A stretch of 63,003 bases of DNA, the filler included, from Folioceros fuciformis (Eukaryota), in NCBI GenBank assembly GCA_049999805.1. It is 14 parts of 14 records of this genome, joined end to end, with 100 filler letters (N's around TTAATTAATTAA, not from the genome) between each part and the next. Parts side by side here need not be neighbours in the genome. Positions count along the whole stretch, not along the records: positions 61,331 to 63,003 come from JBNGIO010004897.1; 13 more parts are not named here. One strand, given 5' to 3'. This document shows, in pieces, positions 61,333 to 63,003 of the stretch. The position numbers and the translations under genes were made by a program. Each line of letters opens with the position of its first letter. Positions within the stretch are counted from its first letter, which is position 1. Under the pieces are notes generated by a model that did not search any database, was not told where the DNA came from, and saw nothing but the letters and a program-made list of their open reading frames with translations.

Positions 61333-63003
61333 CAGATGTTTGCCACAACCAATCAATCATCACTTGTTCATGCCACATGTTCATTTTGGAACTGCAAGAT
61401 GAAAGACTCGGAGACGGTCGAAGATCACGTCATGCACTTCAAACATTTGAGGCAGAAGCTAGCTGCAGTAGGGACGAAGGTTTCTGAGCTCCAAGCCTCC
61501 GTTGCACTCTTTATGTCACTGCCGGACAAGTACAGAGTGTTCGTTAGTACTCAAAGTAGTACTCTCCGCAAGGCCGCAGCAACAACTGTTACACTCTCCA
61601 ACACCATCGGAGCTTTGCTTGAAGAAGAGGCTGCGATGAGATCAAACCGAGGACCTGGTCAGTCCTCTCACGGTCGTGTACACTACGTCGGAAGAGGAAC
61701 CAAAGGTGGTCGAGGAGGTCACTTCCCTAACCGTTCAGGGTGGCAAGGGAGGCCCAAGAATGTGGGCATGAGAACTCCACCCAATCCGAATCACCGAAAG
61801 CTCACTTGCAATTGGTGTAGGAATCTAGGCCATATAGAGGCAGACTGCCGCAAGAAGGCAGCTGGTGAGCCACGGAAATCTGGATCTCCTAAAGCTAACG
61901 TGGTCACAAAATCAAAGGCATCAAGTTCCAATATCATCTTGACTGTGTTTCTGGCACATGCTAAGTCAGATGAGCACTTCTGGTTCTTGGACTCGGGGGC
62001 ATCAGCCCACATCTGCTATAATCGAGACAGCTTTGATGACTATCAACATTACTCACCTGAACAGTTCGTCCTGTTAGGTGATGAAAGTGGACTAAGCATT
62101 GCTAGCGTGGGGGCAGTCAAAATTCGATTGCATAATGGTTCCCTGAAAATTCTGAAGCAGGTTCTTCACGTGCCTCAGATGGTGAAAAACCTCATGTCTG
62201 TTAGACATGTGTGTCAAGAGTGGAGCATCAAAGTGAGCTTCGATGAAAAGCAGTGCAGACTGGTTGATAGCAAAACTCATGCCAAGGTGGCCATTAGAGT
62301 TTTGCACTCTGACCTATATAGGCTCAACTGTTGCACCCTTGCTGGAATACATGTGATTAACCCACATCCTCAGGCGCACCTGGCTAGGCGCCTAGATGTA
62401 GATAGCAATCAGCTGCTGTGGCACTGTCGTTTGGGACACCCAAATTACAACAAAATGAAGAGCATGGTTGGTGCACACTTATACCGAGAGGAGGTTCCCT
62501 GGACAATTCCCGAGGTGGATGTGCTTTGTGACGCATGTGTGCATGCAAAACTCCCCAAGCAAAATGCCAAGAAGCCCCATGAGCAAAATAGATCCACAGA
62601 AACTCTTGCTGTGGTGCATCCATGCGGACTAATGTCCGTCCGATCACTTGGAGGAGCACTGTATTTTATGGTGCTTGTGGACGACTATAGCCGCTTCACA
62701 ATGACATATTTTTTGCGCCACAAATCTGAGGCACTTGAGAGATTCATGGATTATGTGAATTTTTCACAAAGGCAAACTGGGAATAAGGTGAAAGTCCTTC
62801 GTAGTGATGGAGGAGGGGAGTTTAACAACACTGATTTCCAGGACTACTGCAGATCACTCGGCATAGGGAGGCAGATTACTGTCCCATACACCTCCAGTCA
62901 GAACCCACTTGCTGAATCTAAGAATCGATACTTACAAGAAGCAGCTAAAGCCATGTTGTACCAATCGGGATTATCAAGGAGGTACTGGGCAGAGGCAGTA
63001 CAC
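61333..63003 (+). mobile_element. Copia gag-PR-integrase, open frame running off the window end
   Basis: Manual translation: CNWCRNLGHIEADC, WFLDSGASAH, LWHCRLGHPN, VDDYSRF, RSDGGGEF, YWAEAV. Confidence 0.92.

Overview
Repeat-dense eukaryotic DNA, most likely from a seed-free land plant (inferred from spliced genes with short introns and from the retroelement types). It is 14 contigs joined by 13 artificial 100-bp linkers (N44-TTAATTAATTAA-N44), so adjacency across gaps may not be biological. Most of the window is nested LTR retrotransposon sequence: many Ty1/copia pieces (one with an uninterrupted gag-pol), and Ty3/gypsy pieces including an Athila-like element with a tRNA-Asp PBS and a chromovirus tail. 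It also holds a 5'-truncated L1 LINE with a 16-bp TSD, a solo LTR with a 5-bp TSD and a CRE-like non-LTR RT relic. Host genes: a three-exon PCC13-62-type desiccation-related ferritin-like gene, an intronless papain-family cysteine protease and a multi-exon RecQ helicase pseudogene. The most notable signal is accessory coding capacity in retroelements: antisense ORFs between pol and the PPT in copia-type elements, non-gag ORFs straight after the PBS, and a possibly spliced 3' ORF in an Athila-like element. Others are a higher-order tandem array growing in an LTR and a 37-bp hairpin at an LTR-gag deletion junction. All calls come from reading the sequence; no searches were run.
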